Virus record (IMG/VR): IMGVR_UViG_3300031974_004051 | Span: 1,991-65,990 of that record | Reading direction: 5' to 3' (one strand) | DNA from: a virus | Taxonomy: Duplodnaviria > Caudoviricetes | Length of the DNA stretch: 64,000 nt | Shown here: positions 47,814-57,182 of the stretch, piece by piece | Position numbering within the stretch: the first letter of the stretch is position 1 | How the letters are laid out: every line of letters starts with the position of its first letter | Notes under the pieces: generated by a model | Databases searched by the model: none | Seen by the model: only the letters and a program-made list of their open reading frames with translations | What the model was told of the DNA's origin: nothing | Position numbers and translations under genes: made by a program

Positions 47814-48355
47814 TAAAATTTATTCTTTGTATTATCTAATCTGAAATAAATTGATGCACCAACATAAGGATATAATTTACTTACACCTGTTTCTGCATCT
47901 AATAAATCGTTTCTTAAACCAACATCCAATGAGAACATTTTATCACTTTTAAATTTGTGTAAAAGTTTGATATCAGTTCCACTAAAGTAATTATCTTTAT
48001 CAAATTTATATCCAAATCCTAAATACCATTTTGATTCAGGTAAGATATAATCAGGTACTTTTACTTCGTATGGTTTATCTACATAAACTGTTTTGATTAT
48101 CTCAATTGGTTTTTCTACAATTACTTCTTTTACTACTTCTATTTCAAGTGTATCTGTGATTGTGTTTGTGATATATTTTGGTACAAATATTTCCTTTTCT
48201 ACGATTCTATCTACATAGATACTATCGATTAATGTCTGAAATTTTTCTATTTCTACATACTCGATTTTAGGTGCTCTGTAATATTGGTTAAAGTATCCAA
48301 CTGCCCATGCTACTACGATTAATAAACTAATTATAATTATGTGTTTTCTTTTCAT
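47813..48355 (-). CDS. membrane-anchored protein with V/I/E/K-rich stalk and C-terminal beta-strands
   Basis: N-terminal TM, repeats such as VVKEVIVEKP, amphipathic strands ending IYFRL. Confidence 0.65.
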   Translation of the reverse strand: MKRKHIIIISLLIVVAWAVGYFNQYYRAPKIEYVEIEKFQTLIDSIYVDRIVEKEIFVPKYITNTITDTLEIEVVKEVIVEKPIEIIKTVYVDKPYEVKVPDYILPESKWYLGFGYKFDKDNYFSGTDIKLLHKFKSDKMFSLDVGLRNDLLDAETGVSKLYPYVGASIYFRLDNTKNKF

Positions 48356-48367
48356 ATTTTTATCTCC

Positions 48368-50080
48368 TTAAAAGGGTAACTTTGCTCCTATCATAAATGA
48401 ATTCATCAAAGGAACAAATTCGTTACTACTATAAATTAATGTCCACCCCGCATTGAACGAAAATCTCTGTGTTAATTGTATTGTAAAGGTATTTGCGAGT
48501 ATACCTATAAAATCTTTTGTTGTACTTGTGAAAGAATCAAAATCATTTAACTTTTGTGTGTATGTTATTGGATTCTGTGCACCGATCAAAGCTGGTGAAT
48601 ACATTATCCTATCGTTTATTTTTATCATATTTGCATATAAAATATTATACCCTAAAGACGCCATATTTGGGAATCTCTCACCAAATTGATCCTTACCAAA
48701 CATATATGAGTAGTTGATACCTACACCAACCGTTCCCCACTTACCTAATGGTTTCATTCTACTAAGAGCCCCTGTTAATGCATTCATTTTAAAATTTCTC
48801 ATATAAGATATTGATGCCCCATCAACCCACGTCACCTCGTAATTTTCATTCATAGTTACTTTAGAGATATTTGTGGAAAGTGATACTTGTTTAATATTAT
48901 CCCATATCATCATATTAACACCATATGACACATCACCGTAAATTGACGATTGACTCGCACCTATATTCAAAACTTGATTATAATCCAATGTTAAAGATTG
49001 CATAGACATTAAATCGGCTTTAAGTTGAATGGGCATAAATCTCTTTTCTTTTTCTTCCTCATCTTCATCTTCTTCATTATCACCCTCTTCAGATTCTTCC
49101 TCAGATTCCTCTTCACTTTCTTCCTCGGATTCTTCTTCACTTTCCTCTTCTTTCTCTTCCTCTTTCTTTTCTTCTTCTTTCTCTTCCTCTTTCTTTTCTT
49201 CTTCTTTTACTTCTTCTTCTTTATCATCGGATTTCTCTTCGGAGTTATCGTCACTTTCTCCCCCATTATCCTCTTCGCTGTCCGATCCATCTTTTGAATC
49301 CCCTCCATTGTCTTTTTCCTCACCTGAATCTCCTCCATCTCCACCATCTCCTGACGTGTCATCGCCATCACCTGAATTGTCTCCCGAATTATCATTCGAT
49401 TCTCCCGAATCTCCACCATTATCTCCTCCTGACGAATCAGACGATCCCGACGAATCTGAATCGTTTCCTCCATCTGAACCCGATCCCGACGAATCATTTG
49501 ATTGAGAAGATCCACTGCCGTCCCCAGAAGAACTATCTGACCCACCACTCGATGAACCTGAAGAACCTGAATCCGAACCACTCGACGAGCCAGATGAATC
49601 AGAACCCGAACTCGAAGACGACCCACTACTCGAAGAACTACCCGAGCTCGATGAATTATTTGATGCATTGTTTCCATTAGAACTTGTATTACCTTGTGAT
49701 GTGGTGTTTGTTGATCCTGTATTGGTAGAATTAGTTGCATTTGTGGCGGAACTACTAGCGTTATTCGCAGCGTTAGACGCATTTTGGGCGGTTTGTTGTG
49801 CTTGTGTTGCTTGTGTTTGTGCTTGTGAACAGGGTGATAATGCGACCCACCACGCATATTTAGATGCTAACCATTGTTGTAATTCACCATTTACAAAATC
49901 TTGATATGTGAATAATTTCACTTCATTATAAAATGAGACTACTGCAGAACCTGTTTGAAAGTTAGCGGTAACTACCTGAACCTCACCAGTACATCTATCT
50001 ACGAATGTCTGTGTAAATGTTTGTCCGTAACTCTCAAAAGAGAAGATAAAAAATAAGATTGCGGTAATGAGTAATCGCAC
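48368..50080 (-). CDS. secreted protein with Ser/Gly/Asp and Glu/Lys low-complexity linkers and a probable C-terminal OM beta-barrel
   Basis: Signal peptide then Q; ~250 aa of low complexity; alternating strands ending in Phe. Confidence 0.7.
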   Translation of the reverse strand: MRLLITAILFFIFSFESYGQTFTQTFVDRCTGEVQVVTANFQTGSAVVSFYNEVKLFTYQDFVNGELQQWLASKYAWWVALSPCSQAQTQATQAQQTAQNASNAANNASSSATNATNSTNTGSTNTTSQGNTSSNGNNASNNSSSSGSSSSSGSSSSSGSDSSGSSSGSDSGSSGSSSGGSDSSSGDGSGSSQSNDSSGSGSDGGNDSDSSGSSDSSGGDNGGDSGESNDNSGDNSGDGDDTSGDGGDGGDSGEEKDNGGDSKDGSDSEEDNGGESDDNSEEKSDDKEEEVKEEEKKEEEKEEEKKEEEKEEESEEESEEESEEESEEESEEGDNEEDEDEEEKEKRFMPIQLKADLMSMQSLTLDYNQVLNIGASQSSIYGDVSYGVNMMIWDNIKQVSLSTNISKVTMNENYEVTWVDGASISYMRNFKMNALTGALSRMKPLGKWGTVGVGINYSYMFGKDQFGERFPNMASLGYNILYANMIKINDRIMYSPALIGAQNPITYTQKLNDFDSFTSTTKDFIGILANTFTIQLTQRFSFNAGWTLIYSSNEFVPLMNSFMIGAKLPF

Positions 50081-50089
50081 ATTAAACGG

Positions 50090-50806
50090 TTAATTTTCGA
50101 AAATACCTCTTCTTATCATTCTTGAGACAATTCTAGCAGATGCCGTTTCCAACGCTTTTCTTGTTGTAACACCAATAGATGATTGTCTGAAATCTATTTC
50201 TTCTAAATCATTTAATAAACCCTCAGTTTTTTTAACAGTATTAGCCTCACCTAAACCACTACCAACATAATAGGTACCGTTAGTGGCGTTTGTGAATCTC
50301 ACCTGTAACCCCAATCGTGTCGTTTGTGTTTGAGTGACACCGTCCTTCAATGCAATTACTTCATCTTCAGATACAGAAAAATCATAGATTTCGATCGTCA
50401 CAAAATATTCAGCCAATTTTATTTTCCCAAAACCATAGACTTCATTTTCTGAGACACCTTTCTTTGATGCTTTCCACTGAGTTTTCATTCTTTCTTTTAT
50501 ATCGTCTTTTTCTTCAACGAACTCAAACCTGTTAGTCCAATCTAAGTATTCAATAACCATATTCGTAACACCTAAACCTATTCTTGCATCTTTCAACTCC
50601 GGCCACATTTCATATACTTCATCTGATGCGGAAATCTTTAAAAGTGCAATAGGTATCATCGGTCCCCAATAGTCAGATACATCATCAATCGATTTTTTCT
50701 TTTCAAATTCCGCTTGATAAGTTTCTGATTTTATTGAACCTATTTTTTGACTATAAGTGGTCTGTGTAAAAAACACACACACCACTATTAATAATAATTT
50801 TTTCAT
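50090..50806 (-). CDS. CsgG/HfaB-like protein
   Basis: Signal peptide then Q; LGVTNM..EYL..TNRFEFVE, IYDFS, RLGLQVRF.NA..G, KALETA. Confidence 0.7.
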   Translation of the reverse strand: MKKLLLIVVCVFFTQTTYSQKIGSIKSETYQAEFEKKKSIDDVSDYWGPMIPIALLKISASDEVYEMWPELKDARIGLGVTNMVIEYLDWTNRFEFVEEKDDIKERMKTQWKASKKGVSENEVYGFGKIKLAEYFVTIEIYDFSVSEDEVIALKDGVTQTQTTRLGLQVRFTNATNGTYYVGSGLGEANTVKKTEGLLNDLEEIDFRQSSIGVTTRKALETASARIVSRMIRRGIFEN

Positions 50807-50829
50807 TCCCAATAATTTTAAACTTATGG

Positions 50830-51021
50830 TTAACAACAGTAATCAAATACTCCAAATGTAGCATTTGCAACATCAGCTTCTCCTGATATTAAACCATACA
50901 TAACTGTTGCAAAACCTAATACAAACATGAATAACAAACCTGTTATCCAAATTTTGAATATATAGTCCATAATCACATAGTCCGATAATTTGTCTTTCCA
51001 AATCTCTACTAAAAAATTCAT
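50830..51021 (-). CDS. small membrane protein
   Basis: 63 aa, one TM segment. Confidence 0.55.
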   Translation of the reverse strand: MNFLVEIWKDKLSDYVIMDYIFKIWITGLLFMFVLGFATVMYGLISGEADVANATFGVFDYCC

Positions 51022-51044
51022 AATATAATTTCCTTTTTAAAATG

Positions 51045-51272
51045 TTAATGTGTCTCCTTGACACTCTTTGGTAATCTCCACCCGTGTTTTCTCATCTGCC
51101 ATGAGTACCACCCCGCACCACCAAAGAATAATACTAACCAACCAACGGCTAACCACTCATTAGTTTGCATTTCATCCGATAGTATGATGAAATAGAGATT
51201 CAAAACCACAATGAGACCTATAAAACCCCATGCTTGACCCCAAACTTTCCACCATTTATTAAAACCTTTCAT
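51045..51272 (-). CDS. small 2-TM membrane protein
   Basis: 75 aa, Trp-rich. Confidence 0.6.
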   Translation of the reverse strand: MKGFNKWWKVWGQAWGFIGLIVVLNLYFIILSDEMQTNEWLAVGWLVLFFGGAGWYSWQMRKHGWRLPKSVKETH

Positions 51273-51296
51273 ATTGTTTTTTTTAAGTTTAGTTTA

Positions 51297-51599
51297 TTAC
51301 CAATCCAAATCCTCTTTTTCTTTAGGTTTTGGTTTTGGTGCCACATATATCTTTTTTACAACAGTGTCTTTTTTCTGTTCAGGTATATTGATCACTATTT
51401 CGGGACCAGTCACGTTTACCGTTTGGTTATTTTCCTGTTTAACTGTCTCTACAATCTCTTCTTCATCACCGCCAATACCTACAATGGTTTTTACTTCGTC
51501 TATAAAGACTGTACCTAATGTTGTTAATATCACACCAACTCCCGCAATGATTTGATTTTTTAATTCACCAAAAAACCCGTTTTTTTCTTCTTTACTCAT
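51297..51599 (-). CDS. single-pass membrane protein
   Basis: TM IIAGVGVILTTLGTVFI, then a low-complexity tail. Confidence 0.65.
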   Translation of the reverse strand: MSKEEKNGFFGELKNQIIAGVGVILTTLGTVFIDEVKTIVGIGGDEEEIVETVKQENNQTVNVTGPEIVINIPEQKKDTVVKKIYVAPKPKPKEKEDLDW

Positions 51600-51602
51600 A
51601 TT

Positions 51603-51980
51603 TTATTGAACTACAAAACTTGTTATACCTAATATCTCATTCACATTATTATGGAGTTCAATAGTATATCCATCATTTTCTAATGTGTTGACGTAAACCT
51701 TTAATAGGTTATCACCTTCCTTCCCATTGACCTTTTCTTGTGAGATTAGGTTTTTACTTATGTCTCTTATCTTGACTCTATATTCACCAGTATATGGTAA
51801 TTTAATATTCATCCTAACTTCATCAGATACTATCACAGATTCTAATTTTATACCCATTAAATCATCGATTACCAAAGATTCGGGTACAACCACATCATCT
51901 ATAGGTGTTAGTATATCATCGTCTTTCATACACGACGTTATTGATAATGTTACTATAAGTGTTAATAATAATTTTTTCAT
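51603..51980 (-). CDS. lipoprotein with T9SS C-terminal-domain-like fold
   Basis: ITS-C lipobox; YRVKIRDI.KNLI...G.N.....LENDGY.I.L. Confidence 0.6.
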   Translation of the reverse strand: MKKLLLTLIVTLSITSCMKDDDILTPIDDVVVPESLVIDDLMGIKLESVIVSDEVRMNIKLPYTGEYRVKIRDISKNLISQEKVNGKEGDNLLKVYVNTLENDGYTIELHNNVNEILGITSFVVQ

Positions 51981-51985
51981 ATTTT

Positions 51986-53704
51986 TTAATTCATTATAAA
52001 GTTAATTTGTGTTCCATCCGCCTTAACTCCTTCGTTAACCTTAAATGTTATCAAACCTGATGTATTGTTTAATTCTACAGTTGGTGTAAAGATTAACTTA
52101 TAAGGAGTTCCTGTTTTCACAGTCGCTTCGAAGTTTTGGTCAAATGAACCAATGTTTATTTTTCCATCTTCTTCTAAGTGATTAGAGAAGTTTGTCATTG
52201 TATTACCAGTATCAAATATTACATTATCTAATACTAATCTTGTTCTATCATATACAATATTAAATTGCGAACCAATCATATCTGCGACATCCGAATTAAT
52301 TGAGAATATTACTTGTCCATCCACCAATTCAGACACTAAATCAATATTTGCTTGTTCTGCTTGATATTTCTCTCCCGCCGCCATACTCATTCTTGCAACT
52401 GAAGCATTTGCTTGAGTTGATGCGGGTATCGTGGTGCCTTCAGTATCAGGTTCCCAAGAGTGTGAGAAGTTAACGTCACCCATAAGAGCATGTACGAAGT
52501 TGAATGATTTATTAGAATCGGTTGGTTTGAATGTTGCATCAATACCGGCAAAATAACTCCCATTATTATCTACCGTACCAAATGTTGATTTGTTACCACC
52601 AGTTTGTAATGCTCTACCTTTGTAAGTTATATAATTTGTGTTTCCACTTGTTACACCTTGTAGGTAAGCAAGTATCTCATATGAATCCGAAAAGTCAATC
52701 TTACCGTCAAACGCTTCATCGTGATATACATTTGCGAGGAATGTTTGAATGTAGTAATCAAATGTAGTTGAAGTACCATTTGGTGTTGATCCCGCCCCGA
52801 TTGCTTCTGCAAATACTAAAGCTAAATCAGATACAGTTACTACATTATCCATATAATCTTTTGTTTGATCAACCCAATTCCAAACAAAGTATTCCACATC
52901 ATTTTCTAAACCAGTTACAATTGCTTGACCTGATGCATCATATGTACCTTCTGCAACAATACTTGCTCCTTCATTTGGTTGGTTACCACTACCGATATCT
53001 GATTTGTTATAAATCTTATAAGTAAAGTGAGTACCATCTCCAATATTATCAGCAATGATATTTGTTGAAATATTAAGAGTTACATTTCCTGCATCACCAC
53101 CTTGAATTGAACCTAAATCAGTTAGAGTTGAATTACCAGTTACACCCACTTGAGTACCATCTGATTCTTTATAGTTCGCCCAATTGGCATTTAATATGTT
53201 AGAGTAATTTGTATAATTTGTATTTGCTTTATCTTTAATAATAAACTCATACTTAATGAACTCAGCACCTGTTTCCAATGCGGTCACATCTTGATAAGTT
53301 ATCCTTTCAACTGACCAATCAGAGTTTGATGAGTATGATGCATCATTGGATAACCAACTAGCATATTGTCCGTCATAATCATTTTGATTCTTTTCTGAAT
53401 CGGGTGTAAACTTATACCCATTCCAAGTATTGTACGCCTTTTGAGCTGAAGTTGATGTTGGTTGCCAAGTTCTTGATATTAAGTTTAATAACTTATTGTT
53501 GTACTGAAAATCAAACTGATACAATGTGGGTGCGATTGCAGTATTGTTTGCATCCTTACCTTCAAAGTACTGAAGTTTAACTGTCAATGTATCACCAACT
53601 TTTGTTACAGTATTCACCGCAGAATACGCAAGTTGAGCATCCGTCTGACCGTAGACACTTATTGTACAAAGTACACTAACTAATAATGTTAAAATTTTTT
53701 TCAT
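51986..53704 (-). CDS. secreted cohesin-like plus dockerin-like plus cohesin-like protein
   Basis: Signal peptide then Q; KVGDTLTV, YQFDFQYN; TVSD...DGKIDFSDSY; GDVNFSHS; GSQFNIVYD. Confidence 0.65.
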   Translation of the reverse strand: MKKILTLLVSVLCTISVYGQTDAQLAYSAVNTVTKVGDTLTVKLQYFEGKDANNTAIAPTLYQFDFQYNNKLLNLISRTWQPTSTSAQKAYNTWNGYKFTPDSEKNQNDYDGQYASWLSNDASYSSNSDWSVERITYQDVTALETGAEFIKYEFIIKDKANTNYTNYSNILNANWANYKESDGTQVGVTGNSTLTDLGSIQGGDAGNVTLNISTNIIADNIGDGTHFTYKIYNKSDIGSGNQPNEGASIVAEGTYDASGQAIVTGLENDVEYFVWNWVDQTKDYMDNVVTVSDLALVFAEAIGAGSTPNGTSTTFDYYIQTFLANVYHDEAFDGKIDFSDSYEILAYLQGVTSGNTNYITYKGRALQTGGNKSTFGTVDNNGSYFAGIDATFKPTDSNKSFNFVHALMGDVNFSHSWEPDTEGTTIPASTQANASVARMSMAAGEKYQAEQANIDLVSELVDGQVIFSINSDVADMIGSQFNIVYDRTRLVLDNVIFDTGNTMTNFSNHLEEDGKINIGSFDQNFEATVKTGTPYKLIFTPTVELNNTSGLITFKVNEGVKADGTQINFIMN

Positions 53705-54195
53705 AATAAATCGTTTATAATATTTTCACATACTCTTTTTAGGGCGATACTCGCTGTTTGTTGATTAAATGTACCGTCAGAACCAACTATTAAAGTAGAG
53801 TTAGAAATTTCTTTACTCTGACCCTTTTGAGTGGTCCTTTTTTTCACTTTTCCATCCACAACAAGTTCACCGATTGCCACTATCTGTGTGACCGATAGTT
53901 TATTATGGTATACCCCGAAAGATTTACCAATATTTTTTACATCAAAAAAGACCAACTTCACATTAATCTGTGTAGTTGATCTATCTGATAAGTCATAATC
54001 TAAGTCTAATAGAATTTCTTCAAGGATGTTTCTCACACCCATTGATAGGTTTCGATTACCCGCAAATTTACCCATTCGGATTTCGTTAGTGACCTCACCT
54101 ATTTTAATCGGGTTTTGTCTATTTTCTCCTAACGGAAAAAGTAGGAATAGACATATAAAGAATATCTTTACGACGTTTAATGTCGCTATTTTCAT
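53701..54195 (-). CDS. exported alpha/beta protein (CsgG/LptE-like fold)
   Basis: N-terminal hydrophobic segment; IGEVTN..GNRNLSMGVRNILEE, FNQQTASIALK parallel the CsgG-like gene. Confidence 0.55.
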   Translation of the reverse strand: MKIATLNVVKIFFICLFLLFPLGENRQNPIKIGEVTNEIRMGKFAGNRNLSMGVRNILEEILLDLDYDLSDRSTTQINVKLVFFDVKNIGKSFGVYHNKLSVTQIVAIGELVVDGKVKKRTTQKGQSKEISNSTLIVGSDGTFNQQTASIALKRVCENIINDLL

Positions 54196-54297
54196 TGTAA
54201 CACCTTTTATTGTTTTATGATTAGATGGTAGTTCGAAAACCATCTTTCATCTATTTACTTTTCTTGAGTCAGTTACCTAACTCATTTACTATAAATA
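54196..54297 (-). promoter_or_regulatory. TATTTATA promoter and structured 5' leader of the exported-protein operon
   Basis: Box at 54297-54290; GAGUUAG-GUAA-CUGACUC and AGAUGGU/ACCAUCU hairpins. Confidence 0.5.
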
Positions 54298-54383
54298 GTT
54301 TTTTAGCGTAAAAGGGTACAAAAAACATTAGTTTTTGCTAAAAAAAAATATTTAATGTTCTTAGGGTCAAAAACTGAAGTATT

Positions 54384-54620
54384 TTAAAGATACTCCTCTT
54401 CAGGTAGGGAATTGTCTTTAAAATATTCTTCTAATAATTCTATGATGAAGTCCTGATCACAATCAATAACATCTTCCTCTTCAATGATCAGTGGGTAATA
54501 TGAAAGTATATCCTCTAAACTTAATTTTAAATTTCGATACAAATCTTCATTGTCACTATCAGTGAATAGTATATCTAATACTTGTTCAGTATCATCATAA
54601 TAAAATTCAACTATTTCCAT
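54384..54620 (-). CDS. small acidic protein
   Basis: 78 aa, very D/E-rich. Confidence 0.6.
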   Translation of the reverse strand: MEIVEFYYDDTEQVLDILFTDSDNEDLYRNLKLSLEDILSYYPLIIEEEDVIDCDQDFIIELLEEYFKDNSLPEEEYL

Positions 54621-54658
54621 AATAATTACAGTATAAACAACTATAATTATTAGGTTTT

Positions 54659-55294
54659 TTAGGAAAGTCTACCGTGTACTTTTTGTGGGTCTACCGCTCT
54701 TTTGTTAATATGTACCGCATAGTGAAGATGTGGTCCCATAGAATTCCCCTTATGAGGGTCTCTACTTCCACCACCTGTGTAACCAATTAATTGACCTTTC
54801 GAGACTTCTTGTCCTTTACTTACAACCCACCTTCTTACGTGACAGTAAATAGTCTCGTATTCACCGTGTTTGATTTTTATTAAACCACCACATTTACCTT
54901 TATCATCATAAGCCTTAGTAACAACACCATTTGCGGGTGAATAGATAGGTGTGCCCGATCTTGCTCTTAGATCAACACCCTTATGAAACTTTGTGGCGTT
55001 ACCCCCAATATTTCTCGGACCGAAAGGACTGTTGATTTTTGTGTTATTAATGGGCCACATGTCTATAGTCTCAAAATCCTTTAAATCCATATTTTCGAAA
55101 TCGAATTCAGGATTCATAACAATTTTATCAAAAAATGCCTTACCAAGTGTCAGGTCTGTATCGTTTTCAGCGTCTTTTTTCAAACCAGCCCATGTGGTCA
55201 AAAAATCGGTCAGTGCGTCTTTTTTGTCCTCTTTAAGAACATGACCCTTTTTGATAATATTTATAAGTTGAGACTCTTTTAGTTTAATTACCAT
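54659..55294 (-). CDS. M23 family peptidase with propeptide-like N-terminus
   Basis: HKGVD, YCH, GPHLHY motifs. Confidence 0.9.
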   Translation of the reverse strand: MVIKLKESQLINIIKKGHVLKEDKKDALTDFLTTWAGLKKDAENDTDLTLGKAFFDKIVMNPEFDFENMDLKDFETIDMWPINNTKINSPFGPRNIGGNATKFHKGVDLRARSGTPIYSPANGVVTKAYDDKGKCGGLIKIKHGEYETIYCHVRRWVVSKGQEVSKGQLIGYTGGGSRDPHKGNSMGPHLHYAVHINKRAVDPQKVHGRLS

Positions 55295-55337
55295 ACTAAT
55301 AAATATACAATTAAATATTAAATGTGTACATTTTAGT

Positions 55338-55658
55338 ATGTTGAACTGGAGAAAAATAAAGGAGGTCTATCCTCGTTCTTATGGTAAGTTTGTTGAAACC
55401 ATGTTTCCTTATGTTGGTGTTATTGGTTTCACATCGCTTAGTTTGTTCGAAGTGAAGAAGTTATACTATTTTTTTGATAAAAATGGTATCTACTTAACAA
55501 TAGAACGAATAGGTCCAAGTCAATGGTTATACACAATATCTTTAAATGATGGTAGTGTATTATGTCCAAAACAATCATCTAAACAAACTAGAGAAGATGT
55601 TGAATTAGATGGTTTTATGGAATGCTTCAGAACTCTTAACGAGAGATCAATATTTTAA
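55338..55658 (+). CDS. hypothetical protein
   Basis: 106-aa ORF. Confidence 0.6.
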   Translation: MLNWRKIKEVYPRSYGKFVETMFPYVGVIGFTSLSLFEVKKLYYFFDKNGIYLTIERIGPSQWLYTISLNDGSVLCPKQSSKQTREDVELDGFMECFRTLNERSIF

Positions 55659-55663
55659 CATAC

Positions 55664-55948
55664 ATGAAAATAACTCTTAATTTTCTTTTACAGGCAACCA
55701 GAGTACTACATATTGGAAATTATGATGATGATGAACTTAACTTAATCTATAACTTCATAACTAAGGTTGACAATGAGGTTTTAATTCATTATCTTAATTC
55801 TAAGACAGTTTTATCCTACGATTCTGATTTAGAATTATATGTAGAAATTGTTGACGCACTCATAAGTATTTATGAGGATAGTGAAGAATATGAGAAGTGT
55901 GATCAACTTAAACGTAAACGGATCGAAGCAATAAATTATTTAAAATAG
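55664..55948 (+). CDS. hypothetical protein with UVR-like C-terminus (EEYEKC..LK)
   Basis: 94-aa ORF. Confidence 0.6.
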   Translation: MKITLNFLLQATRVLHIGNYDDDELNLIYNFITKVDNEVLIHYLNSKTVLSYDSDLELYVEIVDALISIYEDSEEYEKCDQLKRKRIEAINYLK

Positions 55949-55955
55949 TATTATT

Positions 55956-56099
55956 ATGTCAGTATTTGGTATGTCAGATGAGGAAAAGAAGAAAATCCTC
56001 GAAAAACACAAGACAGCAACAAAAAATCATTATACAAAACAAAATGATTTAAAAAAGGGTATTCAGGTACCTGAAAAAAAAGAGAAACCCTCAGAGTAA
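55956..56099 (+). CDS. 47-aa protein MSVFGMSDEEKKKILEKH...
   Basis: ORF not in the track; ends in a terminator at 56085-56112. Confidence 0.55.
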   Translation: MSVFGMSDEEKKKILEKHKTATKNHYTKQNDLKKGIQVPEKKEKPSE

Positions 56100-57182
56100 G
56101 AGGGTTTTTTTTATGAATGTAAGTGCGGATTCAATAACATCGTCCATATCATAATATTTATATTCCGCCAACCTACCACCGAAATAAACATCCTTTTCTT
56201 TATCTGCCAATTCTTTATACTTGTTGTATATTTCAGTATTTTCATCATCATTGACTGGATAATATGGTTCTGTTTCTTTTGCATTGTAGTCAATCGGAAA
56301 TTCCCATGTTACCCAAGTGGAATCTGATTCCACATTCTCAAAGTGTTTATGTTCTATAGTTCGTGTAAATGGAATTTCTTTATCGGTATAATTCATCATT
56401 ACTACACCTTGGTAGTTATCAGTATCTATTTTTTTATGTTCAAATCGTGTTGTTTTATATTCTAACTCACCAAACTTATAATCAAAATATCTATCGATTG
56501 GACCTGTGTAAATAACTTTATTGTGATTTGGTAAATTGGAACCAAAATAATCAGTGTCTAATCTCACATCAATACCATCTAATAATTTTTCAAAGATTTG
56601 GGTGTACCCCCCAATTGGAATCCCTTGGTACTTATCATTGAAATAATTGTTATCATAAGTAAATCTTACAGGTAATCTTTTTATAATTTCTTTAGGTAAG
56701 TCCTTCGCATCTTTTCTCCATTGTTTTTCTGTATATCCTTTGATTAGTTTTTCATATACGTCCGTACCAACAAGTTTGATTGCCTGTTCTTCTAAATTTT
56801 TTGGATTATCTATATGAGAACTTTGTTCTTCTATAATTTCTTTTACTTGTTGTGGATGTGACACACCCCACAACTTTGAGAATGTCCACATATTAAAAGG
56901 TAAGGAATAGACCTCACCCCTGTAGTTAGCAACCGGTCTTAAAGTAAAATTATTAAATTCGACATATTGATTTATCCATTTCCAAACTTCTTCGTTCGAT
57001 GTGTGAAAGATATGGGGACCGTAATCATGTACATTAATACCATCTCTGTTAGAAGTATAACAATTACCACCAATATGATTTCTGTTTTCAATTACACAAA
57101 CTTTCTTACCACTATCTGTAAGTTCTCTTGCACATATTGAACCAAAAAATCCACTACCAACTATTAAGTAGTCATAAATCAT
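56091..57182 (-). CDS. glf: UDP-galactopyranose mutase
   Basis: YLIVGSGFFG, HIGGNCY, YGPHIFHT, RLPVRFTYDNNYF, EPYYP, GRLAEYKYYDM. Confidence 0.96.
   Translation of the reverse strand: MIYDYLIVGSGFFGSICARELTDSGKKVCVIENRNHIGGNCYTSNRDGINVHDYGPHIFHTSNEEVWKWINQYVEFNNFTLRPVANYRGEVYSLPFNMWTFSKLWGVSHPQQVKEIIEEQSSHIDNPKNLEEQAIKLVGTDVYEKLIKGYTEKQWRKDAKDLPKEIIKRLPVRFTYDNNYFNDKYQGIPIGGYTQIFEKLLDGIDVRLDTDYFGSNLPNHNKVIYTGPIDRYFDYKFGELEYKTTRFEHKKIDTDNYQGVVMMNYTDKEIPFTRTIEHKHFENVESDSTWVTWEFPIDYNAKETEPYYPVNDDENTEIYNKYKELADKEKDVYFGGRLAEYKYYDMDDVIESALTFIKKTLLL

Noticed and set aside
20168-49857. Long Ser-rich or Phe-rich antisense/alternate-frame ORFs (e.g. 20168, 22321, 29052, 49025, 49029, 49207)
   Set aside because: Shadows of acidic or low-complexity genes on the other strand or frame.
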